Shown: positions 8,984 through 17,524 of the stretch, one piece after another
Layout: each line of letters begins with the position of its first letter
Numbering within the stretch: position 1 is the first letter of the stretch
Source: Gemmatimonadota bacterium
Lineage (GTDB): Bacteria; Gemmatimonadota; Gemmatimonadetes; Palauibacterales; KS3-K002
Length of the DNA stretch: 54,896 bases
Assembly (NCBI GenBank): GCA_039586795.1
Contig: JBDHJS010000031.1
Coordinates: forward strand, 1-54,896
Direction of reading: 5' to 3'
The notes under the pieces: model-generated
Told to the model about the DNA's origin: nothing
The model's database searches: none
Seen by the model: only the letters and a program-made list of their open reading frames with translations
Program-made: the position numbers and the translations under genes

Positions 8984-11900
8984 TCACCAGATGATGACGA
9001 ACTTGCCGCGTTTGACACCCAGTGAGTTCCCCGCCTCGTCCATCGCTTCCATCACGTACAGGTAGAGACCCGCCCCGAACTCGTTGCCCTCACGCGTCAG
9101 CAGATACAGCCGCAGGTCCCCCTGCCCGTTCAGGTCGTTCGGGCCCCACCGCAGCAGTTGCACGAACTGACCCGCCACCGTGTAGATCCGCACCCGGCCA
9201 CGGGGCGGCACGTGCGTGAACAGGATGAACTCATGCTGCGAGTACACGTTGTGGCGCGAGAACAGAACGAACGGGTTCGGCACCACCTTCACCGAATCGA
9301 GGGCCGCGGCGACGCTTGCCGGGTCGGTGCGCAAAAGCTCGTTTCCTGATACCGCGCTCCGCGCCTCGAACGTGTACTCCGTCTCCGACGTAATCGTCTG
9401 GTAGTAGCTGAAGTCGAGCTCGTAGTCCCGCCCGTTCGGTACATAGCCCGTGGCGCCCTGGGATTGTAGCGCCACCGGGTTGCAGGAGATGCGGAGCCAG
9501 AACGTCGCATCGCACCCGATGATTGCCTTCACGAACTCCGGCTGCATGGACTGACCGGTCCCGGAAAAGAGCATGATCTCATCGCCGGGAATCCACTCGG
9601 TCTCCGGCACCACGACGCGCAGCGTATCGAGACCCGACCCAACGATGAGGATCGTGTCTTTCATGTCCCGGGTCATCACGGCACGCAACAGGAACGGATT
9701 GGCCGGGTCCGTTACGTTTTCCACGATGAACGGCAGCCGCACCGCCAGCAGGTGGGACAGATCGAGGCCGACCCAGCTGGCCGTTTCGTCGTCCGTCGAG
9801 GCGGTCGTTCCCGCTTCCCGCGCTTCCAACGAGGCCACGATCGCCTCCCGGGTGCCCGCCGGATCGAAGAAGTTGAGCGTGAACGGCGAGGCGGGCCCGA
9901 AGGCCTGATCCGTCCAGGTGATCCGGTAGCGACCCTCGGACCCTCTTGATGAAAAGCTGTGCCGGTAGGTGACTGCCGGCTCGATCAGCGGCCCCACGAC
10001 CTCGCCGTTCGGATCGGTGTAGAATTGGCCCTCGAAAGTCCCACCGATCGTGTTATCGATGCGGACAGTGAAGCCGGGGAAGTTCGGGATCCCGAAGTAA
10101 CGACCCGGAACCGTTTGGCCGCCATTCAGGTCCGACGTGACCATGAGCGGCACATCGTCTATGTCCAAGAGCACCGCAGTGAAATAGCTAATCCAACTAC
10201 CGCGATGGTATCTCCCGAACGAGTAGGTTCGTATCAACTGATCGCCGACGATGCTGTCAACGGACTGGCCCTCAACTCCCACTTCTCCGGGTGACTCGAA
10301 CAACTCGCCCGCCACCTCGACCGTTGTCCGCTGCAGCTCTTCTATGCCGGGCGCGACGCGATAATACTCCTTGACGGTCACCTGATCGGAAAAGACGAGG
10401 CGGTACTCACCGTCATCGACTTCCTCACCCGCTGCCTGGAGCCCCATCCGCTCGATCGGCAAGAAGTCGGGAGACGGCTGCATCACCTCGAATGTTACCG
10501 GGACCGCGCCCGCCTGCCGTGAGACCGGCACGTACAGCGAAGCGACCTGCGGCTCCGTCGTGACCGAGGTCAGCGCCGAGTACAGCACCGGGGCTATGGT
10601 CAGGTTCTCTGTGGCACAATCCTGCACACAGGCGATCACCGTATCGCCATCCGCCGTGAAAGCGGTGTCGGCGATTCCCGTCGTTACCGGTACTGTGAGT
10701 CCGCGGGTTTGGGTGACCAAAGAATAGAGGAAGGTCTGGCCCGTGAAGGCACCATCATCGACGAACGTATTGGAGACATCACCGGACGCGTCCGGCTCGA
10801 GGGTGAGCCACGGATACCATCCGAGTTGGGCGAACTCGCCTTCCACTGCGGGATCCGGCTCGCAGTCGTCATCATCCGTGTAAGTGAATCCGCCGTCGCA
10901 CGACTTGAAGACGTGGATCGCCGCCACGTTGTTCGGGATGAGAGCCTGGACGGTATCAACGACCCAGGGGTTCAGCGCTCGGAGCGATCCCAGCGCCGAG
11001 GCCGGCGGTGCGCTTTGAAGCAATCCCAGCCAAGCTTCCAACCAGGGATCCTGCCAGGCCTCCGTCGCGTCATCGAGATAGAAGGTGAGCCGCGCCTCGG
11101 GCTCGTTCGGTAGGCTCAGCCCCTCGCCGCCTGAGGCGACGTCTACCGATGTGATCGCGGGCGGTGGAGCCCGATCGACAGATACGTAGAAGTTCATGTA
11201 GCTGAGGATCGACCATGAGATCCCGCTCTCGATCTCGTCCAGGTCGTTACCGTGCACCACAGCCACCACCCACTGCACCGTCGAGTCCGCCGGAAAGGAA
11301 AACGGGCCTACCCCCATGACAGCGCCACGGCCGGAGTAGAGGTTGCCGAAGCCTCCGGGCAAGGTATCGCTCCAGGCTACCGCGCAGCGCTTCGCGTTGC
11401 CCGTGAACGGGTCGTACTGTGGTCCGCCCTTGTCCGAGCAGTCGTCGTAGAAGAGCGTGTCGGGAATGCCGTCGTCGTTGTAGTCCCAGAGACCCGGCAC
11501 CCACTTGTTGAAGTCGAGCTGGTTGACGTCGGGAAACTCCTCCCAACGCCACGTGTCCCACATGACGTGTTGACTGATATCGGCGATGTTGCGACGCCCC
11601 ATCACGTCTCGTGTGATGGACGACACCATGCCGAACTGGCGCTGCTCGTAATCGGCGTTTGTGGATATGGAGCCCGGTGCGTTCCAGATCACCGCGCTGC
11701 AACCGTGAAAGCCACACATGTGGCCATGGCTGAACGTGATTGTATCGTCCCAAATCGACGGATCACCTTTCGCAAAGAAGGCGCTGTTTGGATCGGAGAG
11801 CAGCTTGTTGCGAAGGTCGCCGATCGGCGACTTCATAATGATCAGTGCCGATGCGCCGTAGTTGAAGCCAGCACCAATACCCTCGGGTGGCGCTGTTCCC

Positions 11901-13039
11901 CAGGATGAGGCGGGGTGCATCGGGTCCCCGCCAGGCCCACAACCGTTTCCCGATGTTCCCTGGCTGCTGGAGTTCGTGAACCCTTGGCAGAACGTCGCGC
12001 CGCGAACGACACCATTGGCCGGATCCCGGTATAGCGATACTCCATCACCAAACCCGTGCCAGCCAGGATTAAACCCCATGTAAAGCGAATCGTAGTCGAG
12101 GGGTACGCCGTAGACGTCCCGGCTGTTGTTCGTCACGGTGACCTGGTAAAAGGCGATGTTGCGAAGATTCATGTCGTCGAAGCTGAAAGCGTCCATCTTC
12201 GCGAACATCCCCAACGGCCAACCGGCACGAGTCGAGGGGCCGACGCCACCCGGGACTACGTTGCCGTAGCGCGGATGGGTGGCGGAACCGAAGAGAGCCT
12301 CGGTGCTGTAGTCTTGAAAGAAACCATAAGTCTGGAAGTGTCCGAGGAAGGAGTCGTTCTCGTGGAACTCCTCCCGTACACGCCAAGGATCGAAACTGAA
12401 TCGGAGGTCGCCCACCTGATCGGCGTAACCCAGGTAGCCACGCCGGGTGATCGGGCGCGATCCCTGCCAGCCCAGCGAGCCCCACGTCGCTTCGCAGTCG
12501 CTCGCCGCCAGCAGCGGCGTGCCGGTTCCCACGGTAAGAAAGTCGAGACAATCGCCTGACCCCGAGTCCGGTACGCCGCTGTGATAGATTCCGAACGTAC
12601 CGTCCGCCGGCAACGTCTCGCCCGTGTACTGACTCAACCACGAGTTGACGGTGTAGCCCCTGTTGTTGGCATTGAGTAGTGACGGCACTAGCTCGGCTTG
12701 CTTGTCCCGTTCGCTGGGCGGCGCCGCCACGTAGAAATAGATGCCATGCCAGCCCATGTAGGAACGCCGGTTGAACCTGTTCCAGCAGTAGTCGTTATGA
12801 CTAAGGTCGCCCGTGTTCTCGGTGCAGCCCGTAACATCGCCTTTCATGCGAAGTCCCGACGCCGCAAAGTCCCGATCGCCGAACAATTGGAACGGACTGG
12901 GCTGCTGGGACTCGCCCCCCCGTTCGTGAAGCTCCTCCCACTGAGCGGCTGCAGGCTGCGTAATCAGCAGGACCGCCAGCGGCAGCGAGAGGAACAACCC
13001 TCCGTAGACTAGTCGAGAACGAGCGCATTCGGCCAACAT
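8984..13039 (-). CDS. Large (1351 aa) secreted protein with T9SS type A-like C-terminal sorting domain
   Basis: Sec signal (LPLAVLLITQPAAA-QW); Ca-binding-like DYNDDGIPD; C-terminus VKVVPNPF..RVRIYTVAGQFV..GLYLYVMEA..KRGKFVII. Confidence 0.8.
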   Translation of the reverse strand: MLAECARSRLVYGGLFLSLPLAVLLITQPAAAQWEELHERGGESQQPSPFQLFGDRDFAASGLRMKGDVTGCTENTGDLSHNDYCWNRFNRRSYMGWHGIYFYVAAPPSERDKQAELVPSLLNANNRGYTVNSWLSQYTGETLPADGTFGIYHSGVPDSGSGDCLDFLTVGTGTPLLAASDCEATWGSLGWQGSRPITRRGYLGYADQVGDLRFSFDPWRVREEFHENDSFLGHFQTYGFFQDYSTEALFGSATHPRYGNVVPGGVGPSTRAGWPLGMFAKMDAFSFDDMNLRNIAFYQVTVTNNSRDVYGVPLDYDSLYMGFNPGWHGFGDGVSLYRDPANGVVRGATFCQGFTNSSSQGTSGNGCGPGGDPMHPASSWGTAPPEGIGAGFNYGASALIIMKSPIGDLRNKLLSDPNSAFFAKGDPSIWDDTITFSHGHMCGFHGCSAVIWNAPGSISTNADYEQRQFGMVSSITRDVMGRRNIADISQHVMWDTWRWEEFPDVNQLDFNKWVPGLWDYNDDGIPDTLFYDDCSDKGGPQYDPFTGNAKRCAVAWSDTLPGGFGNLYSGRGAVMGVGPFSFPADSTVQWVVAVVHGNDLDEIESGISWSILSYMNFYVSVDRAPPPAITSVDVASGGEGLSLPNEPEARLTFYLDDATEAWQDPWLEAWLGLLQSAPPASALGSLRALNPWVVDTVQALIPNNVAAIHVFKSCDGGFTYTDDDDCEPDPAVEGEFAQLGWYPWLTLEPDASGDVSNTFVDDGAFTGQTFLYSLVTQTRGLTVPVTTGIADTAFTADGDTVIACVQDCATENLTIAPVLYSALTSVTTEPQVASLYVPVSRQAGAVPVTFEVMQPSPDFLPIERMGLQAAGEEVDDGEYRLVFSDQVTVKEYYRVAPGIEELQRTTVEVAGELFESPGEVGVEGQSVDSIVGDQLIRTYSFGRYHRGSWISYFTAVLLDIDDVPLMVTSDLNGGQTVPGRYFGIPNFPGFTVRIDNTIGGTFEGQFYTDPNGEVVGPLIEPAVTYRHSFSSRGSEGRYRITWTDQAFGPASPFTLNFFDPAGTREAIVASLEAREAGTTASTDDETASWVGLDLSHLLAVRLPFIVENVTDPANPFLLRAVMTRDMKDTILIVGSGLDTLRVVVPETEWIPGDEIMLFSGTGQSMQPEFVKAIIGCDATFWLRISCNPVALQSQGATGYVPNGRDYELDFSYYQTITSETEYTFEARSAVSGNELLRTDPASVAAALDSVKVVPNPFVLFSRHNVYSQHEFILFTHVPPRGRVRIYTVAGQFVQLLRWGPNDLNGQGDLRLYLLTREGNEFGAGLYLYVMEAMDEAGNSLGVKRGKFVIIW

Positions 13040-13053
13040 GGCTGCAATTCCTC

Positions 13054-13533
13054 TTACGAGATAATCACAAACTTCCCGCGCTTCACGCCCAGCGAGTTCC
13101 CCGCCTCGTCCATCGCCTCCATCACGTACAGGTAGAGTCCCGCCCCGAACTCATTACCCTCACGCGTCAACAGATAGAGCCGCAGGTCCCCCTGCCCGTT
13201 CAGGTCGTTCGGGCCCCAGCGCAGCAGCTGCACGAACTGACCCGCCACCGTGTAGATCCGCACCCGGCCCCGGGGCGGCACATGCGTGAACAGGGTGAAC
13301 TCATGCTGCAAGTACACGTTGTGGCGTGAGAAGAAGACCTCGGGCTCGCCGGCCCTCTGCTGCCACTGACCGTTGAGCGGTTGGGCCAGGGATAAGACCG
13401 ATAGGAATAGCGGAGCCAACGCCCATCGAGAGAGCGTGGCATAGCTTGGCCTGGCGGCAGTGCCACGGCAGCGCCGCCAGCGGTTGAAGGGTAGGTGGCC
13501 ACAACTGGCCGACCTAATATGTGTGACTGACAT
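13054..13533 (-). CDS. Short paralog: signal-peptide-like segment fused directly to a copy of the same CTD (gene or internally deleted pseudogene)
   Basis: 13071-13330 matches 9001-9260 with 18 differences in 260 nt (manual count); N-terminal part LFLSVLSLAQPLNG-QW. Confidence 0.7.
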   Translation of the reverse strand: MSVTHIRSASCGHLPFNRWRRCRGTAARPSYATLSRWALAPLFLSVLSLAQPLNGQWQQRAGEPEVFFSRHNVYLQHEFTLFTHVPPRGRVRIYTVAGQFVQLLRWGPNDLNGQGDLRLYLLTREGNEFGAGLYLYVMEAMDEAGNSLGVKRGKFVIIS

Positions 13534-13575
13534 GGTACGCTCCGTCTGGCGTCCTCCGGATCGTGAATCAGCCGA

Positions 13576-13738
13576 TCAGATGATGACGAACTTCCTCTTC
13601 GTCACACCCAGCGTAACGAATCGTGACGATGGCATGAGCCACACTTGTGCGACCAGGAATTGGCGGGAGACCTGAGAAACGTGGTGCCGCTGCGAGCGAC
13701 CCGCGGCCGGCGGGAGTCGGAACGCGATGGGCCACCAT
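13576..13738 (-). pseudogene. Remnant of a third CTD-bearing paralog
   Basis: GGAGG plus ATG at 13738; in another frame, 13614-13576 reads TLGVTKRKFVII-stop, like SLGVKRGKFVII of the two downstream genes. Confidence 0.55.
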
Positions 13739-13842
13739 TGGCAAACCTCCGCCGGGGCAAGGCACGAGTTGAAGAGTTGTTGCCCGCTTAGATGACTAAT
13801 ATGTGGTAGGGGCTACGTGTGCGCCAGCGCCAGGGCGTGTGT

Positions 13843-13870
13843 CGTAAGCCGTAAATCGTAAATCGTAATC
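13843..13870. repeat. Heptamer array (CGTAAAT)n
   Basis: CGTAAGC CGTAAAT CGTAAAT CGTAATC. Confidence 0.7.
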
Positions 13871-13881
13871 GCTATTGATAA

Positions 13882-13913
13882 GGGGTAGAGAGTGACTCCC
13901 CACTCTCTACCCC
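13882..13913 (-). terminator. Hairpin downstream of the Val-Ala tRNA pair, probable terminator
   Basis: Perfect 13-bp inverted repeat GGGGTAGAGAGTG / CACTCTCTACCCC with 6-nt loop, followed by TTAT on the minus strand. Confidence 0.7.
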
Positions 13914-13938
13914 ATACACACTACTCCCGACTGACAAA

Positions 13939-14011
13939 TGGAGCCGAGGGGACTCGAACCCCTGACCTCCTGGGTGCGATCCAGGCGCTCTCCCAGCTGA
14001 GCTACGGCCCC
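13939..14011 (-). tRNA. tRNA-Ala(CGC)
   Basis: GGGGCCGTAGCTCAGCTGGGAGAGCG, CCTGG-ATCGCAC-CCAGG, G3:U70 identity pair present. Confidence 0.97.
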
Positions 14012-14021
14012 GGTGTCTTTC

Positions 14022-14080
14022 AGTCGACGGTCGACGGTGGACGGTGCTGACCGTCTACTGTCTACTGTCCACCGTCTACC
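14022..14080. repeat. Mirrored heptamer arrays (GGTSGAC)n / (GTCYACY)n between tRNA-Val and tRNA-Ala
   Basis: AGTCGAC GGTCGAC GGTGGAC GGT then CCGTCTA CTGTCTA CTGTCCA CCGTCTA; same unit as 4314-4348 and 5849-5890. Confidence 0.85.
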
Positions 14081-14085
14081 TCCAA

Positions 14086-14159
14086 TGGGGGCGACAGGAC
14101 TTGAACCTGTGACCTCCACGATGTCAACGTGGCGCTCTAGCCAGCTGAGCTACGCCCCC
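14086..14159 (-). tRNA. tRNA-Val(GAC)
   Basis: GGGGGCGTAGCTCAGCTGGCTAGAGCG, CCACG-TTGACAT-CGTGG, GGTTCAAGTCC. Confidence 0.97.
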
Positions 14160-14173
14160 GGTGAAGCGGCTGG

Positions 14174-14202
14174 AATCTATCCGGGCCCCGGAAGGGGGTC
14201 AA
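14174..14202 (-). promoter_or_regulatory. Sigma70-type promoter of the Val-Ala tRNA pair
   Basis: TTGACC (14202-14197), 17-nt spacer, TAGATT (14179-14174); near copy of the promoter at 4528-4556. Confidence 0.8.
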
Positions 14203-14207
14203 CCGAG

Positions 14208-15125
14208 CTATTCCGCCAGATCGACGGCTAGGTCGGCTTCCCGCCTGGCGATCTGATCGCCGGTATAGGAGCTTACGGTATAGACGATGGGCATGTCGGC
14301 CCGCCGGACGAAGTAACCGATCTCCTCGTTCTCAATAAACAGCAGTTCGGCCAGTTCCGCGTCAGCCAGGCCCACCACCCGCAAGCGAAGTTGCGGCGGG
14401 TCCCATTCTAGCGTCTCGACTACTGAATCGGCGGCGAATCCGATCGCTCGCAGGCTCGTGAGCTGCTGCAGCATCGTTGAGACGGCGCTCAGGTCGGCTT
14501 CGGCGCCGGTCGACGCGACGCGCCAGCCGGTGGAGTCTCGAGCTATGGCGAACGATTCGTCGGGATACTCGAACTCGATACGCTGGACCGCCGCACGCTC
14601 GGCGGAAAAGATCTCCCGATCGCGCCAGTCGTCCACGGTCCGATTAGCCAGGCTGACCAGCGAGCCGCGCAGCACGTAGACCTCGTCCGCTCCGATGCGG
14701 CGGGCGAACGCTTCGTCGAAAGCCCCGGCGCGTTCACCGAGGATGATCGACCAGGGCTCCGCGTCTCTTATGAAAATCGTCAACAGGCGACCCTGCTGAT
14801 CGGTCACCCCCATACGCTGATGGTTTTCCGGATTGCGACTGATCATCTGGCCAAGGCTGGCATCCTCCAGCGCGCGCGTTATCGACGGGCCGGTCTCCGG
14901 GATGGTCTCGTACCCGTTCACCGTCCACGTCTCACCCTGGCGAAGGCGGACGGTTTCATCGGGGCCAACGACCACGATGCTGTCGATAGCCTGAACGTCC
15001 GTCGCCAGCTCCAGGTCATCCGCTTCCGCGCCGCCTCCGAAACCAGAGAACGAACGTGCGGCCAGCCAGGCGACGATGACCAGTATCAGAAGACCAATCA
15101 GCAGCCGGAGTATTCGATCGCTCAT
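14208..15125 (-). CDS. DUF4340-like membrane-anchored periplasmic protein of a Gld-like ABC system
   Basis: N-terminal TM segment, two repeated domains joined by DDWRDREIF, last gene of the ABC operon (ATGA overlap). Confidence 0.8.
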   Translation of the reverse strand: MSDRILRLLIGLLILVIVAWLAARSFSGFGGGAEADDLELATDVQAIDSIVVVGPDETVRLRQGETWTVNGYETIPETGPSITRALEDASLGQMISRNPENHQRMGVTDQQGRLLTIFIRDAEPWSIILGERAGAFDEAFARRIGADEVYVLRGSLVSLANRTVDDWRDREIFSAERAAVQRIEFEYPDESFAIARDSTGWRVASTGAEADLSAVSTMLQQLTSLRAIGFAADSVVETLEWDPPQLRLRVVGLADAELAELLFIENEEIGYFVRRADMPIVYTVSSYTGDQIARREADLAVDLAE

Positions 15126-17512
15126 GCTCTATACTCACTGCGAGAGAGAGATCGCCGCTTGAACAAACGCACGGCGCCCAGCAGCACGAAGAACAGCGGA
15201 ACGCCGATCAGGTTGACGTACTTCACCATCTGCATCTGAACGTTGGACTCAAAGACGAGCGGCCGCGGCGTTGGCGTCTTGGCGCGGATATCGAGCAGCG
15301 CTTCAGTCTGAGACAGCCAGTCCACGGCGTTCAGCCCGAACACCAGATTCTCCGGCAGGCTGCGCAGGAACTGGTCGGTGAGGAAGTCGGAATCGCCGAC
15401 CACAACGACACGACCGACGGGCTGCCCTTCGAAAGTCTCTTTGTCGATCACCGCGGGTGCCGCGATCGGCGCCGCGCTGTCCGCCTGGACCGGGGTCTGT
15501 TCGACACCCATCTCTCCGTTCGTCGAGTTGCCGCTCGAGCTGTCCGCCTCCTCGATGGGCAGTTCGATCTCCGCCGCGGGTATCGGCAGATTCGCGGCGC
15601 CCGACCCGATGGCGCCCTGCACGGCTACAGCCAGCAATTGCGGCGCTAGCTGTGCCCGGTCGTACGGGATGTCCTGGTCCGGCCGGATCTGGAACGGACC
15701 CACCTGAACCCCCGCCCATTCGCTGGTGGTGAGGAGCGGCGTGAACTCGCGGCCGCTCATCGTGACCAGCGTATCGATGGAGCTGGCCCAGGGCAGGAAG
15801 ACGCTATTCATGTTGCGTGTGATCGCGTGCTCGGCCGCCGGCAGCGCGCGCAGCCAGAACGGGTAGGCGACGATGTAGTTGAACACCTCGCCGGGCACCT
15901 GGATCGATTCGTTTGAGCGCAGGTCGAAGACCATGTCGCCATTCAGCCCCACCCCGAAGTCGCGCGGGAGGTCGCGGGCGCTGTCCGGCAGCTCCATGGC
16001 GATCAGGTATTGGAGGTTGATGTCGGATCCCTCGCCGAGGTAGAGGATGTGCCCGTCGTTGCCCAGGTAGCGCTTGAGCATCGCCCGGGCCCGGGGGCTC
16101 AGCGGCTGCCGCGGCCCGGCGACGATCACCGCGTCGAGGCCGGGATCGAGCTCGGCGTCCGGTTGCTTCAGGTCCACCGTCGCCAGCCTATACGTCTGCC
16201 CCAGTTGCTGCGTGAACGACGTATAATCGGCCTGCGTCTTCTCTCCGTGACCGGTGGTGAACGCGACCGTCGGCGTATCGACGCGCGCCAGCCGCCACAC
16301 GCGACTGGCGAGCTGGTACTCCAGGTTGCGCGTGTCACCGACGAACGGGATGCTCTCGCTGCCGCCGGCGAACTGGACCGAGATACCCAGCCAGCCCTGC
16401 TTGACCTGCATCTCCTCCGCCCGCACCACATTGAACTGCACCGAGCGGATACCCGCCTGCTGCGCTTGCTGCAGCGCCTCCTCGCTGCCGTCTGGATCCA
16501 GCCGCACGATCTGGAGGTTGCCACCACCGTAGCGCTCGAAGTCGCGGAGCACGTCGTTGACGTCGCGCTCCAACGGCTTCACCTGCGCCGGAAGCTCCTT
16601 CGACGCGAAGAGCGTGACGGTGACCAGATCGTTCAGGTCGCCGAGAATTGCCTTGGTTCCGTCCGCCAGGGTGTAGAGCCGCTCCGCCGTCAGGTCGACG
16701 CGGCCAGGGATGTAACCGCCGAACAGGTCGGCGAAGACGGCGATCGCCACCACGACCAGCGTACCGAGTCGCAGGTTCTTGTAGAGATGCCCACCGTGAC
16801 TGAGCCGCTCGCTGAGCATTTTCCAGTAGCCGAGCGACAGGAAGGCGACGACCAGCGAGAGGAAGTAAACGATGTCCCGGAGGTCGATCACCCCGCGAGC
16901 GACGTTTCCGAAGTGCCGCAGAATCCCCAGCTGGGCAGCGACGCCCACCAGCCAGTTCGGTAATCCGATCTGCACCACTTCGGTGCCGACCATCATCAAG
17001 ATGAAGTTGATGACGGTCGCCACGATGAAGGCGGTGATCTGGTTGCGGGAGAGTGAGGACGCGAAGATGCCAACGGCCGTCATCCCTGCCAACAAAAGTA
17101 CGGTTCCAAAGTACTGAGCGACCAACACGCCCAGGTCGAGGCTGCCGCCCCAAGCCAGGGTGATCGGGATCAGCAGCGTGCTGGCCAGCGCGATCAACAG
17201 GAACAGGAGGTTGCCGACGTACTTGCCCACCAGCAGCTGCGCCTCGCTCAGTGGGTGGCTCAGCATCACCTCCAGGGTGCCGTGTCGCTGCTCCTCGGCC
17301 AGCGCACCCATCGTCACCGCGGGCACGAAGAACAAAAGAACCCATGGCAACAGGTCGAACATGGGCCGCAGCGACGCTTCGCTGATCAGGAAAGCGCTGC
17401 GGAAGAAGAAGAACGCGTTGATAGCGACGAAGACGACCAGCAGGATGTAAGCGGTCGGGTGATCGAAGTATCCGCGCAGCTCTTTGCGGGCGACCGTCCA
17501 GATATTTCGCAT
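15122..17512 (-). CDS. Fused ABC-2 permease (GldF-like) and GldG-family auxiliary domain
   Basis: ARKELRGYF, PAVTMGALAEE..GTLE, NQITAF; then DLTAERLYTL, FTTGHGEK, GRVVVVGDSDF, NAVDWL. Confidence 0.9.
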   Translation of the reverse strand: MRNIWTVARKELRGYFDHPTAYILLVVFVAINAFFFFRSAFLISEASLRPMFDLLPWVLLFFVPAVTMGALAEEQRHGTLEVMLSHPLSEAQLLVGKYVGNLLFLLIALASTLLIPITLAWGGSLDLGVLVAQYFGTVLLLAGMTAVGIFASSLSRNQITAFIVATVINFILMMVGTEVVQIGLPNWLVGVAAQLGILRHFGNVARGVIDLRDIVYFLSLVVAFLSLGYWKMLSERLSHGGHLYKNLRLGTLVVVAIAVFADLFGGYIPGRVDLTAERLYTLADGTKAILGDLNDLVTVTLFASKELPAQVKPLERDVNDVLRDFERYGGGNLQIVRLDPDGSEEALQQAQQAGIRSVQFNVVRAEEMQVKQGWLGISVQFAGGSESIPFVGDTRNLEYQLASRVWRLARVDTPTVAFTTGHGEKTQADYTSFTQQLGQTYRLATVDLKQPDAELDPGLDAVIVAGPRQPLSPRARAMLKRYLGNDGHILYLGEGSDINLQYLIAMELPDSARDLPRDFGVGLNGDMVFDLRSNESIQVPGEVFNYIVAYPFWLRALPAAEHAITRNMNSVFLPWASSIDTLVTMSGREFTPLLTTSEWAGVQVGPFQIRPDQDIPYDRAQLAPQLLAVAVQGAIGSGAANLPIPAAEIELPIEEADSSSGNSTNGEMGVEQTPVQADSAAPIAAPAVIDKETFEGQPVGRVVVVGDSDFLTDQFLRSLPENLVFGLNAVDWLSQTEALLDIRAKTPTPRPLVFESNVQMQMVKYVNLIGVPLFFVLLGAVRLFKRRSLSRSEYRA

Positions 17513-17524
17513 CGTCGCCCCCCC

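Noticed and set aside
9001..13330. Duplicated C-terminal segment as a diversity-generating retroelement TR/VR pair
   Set aside because: Differences are mostly synonymous third-position changes, not adenine-specific, and no reverse transcriptase is present
8374..14011. Genomic island integrated at tRNA-Ala
   Set aside because: No integrase and no duplicated tRNA 3' end was found by eye
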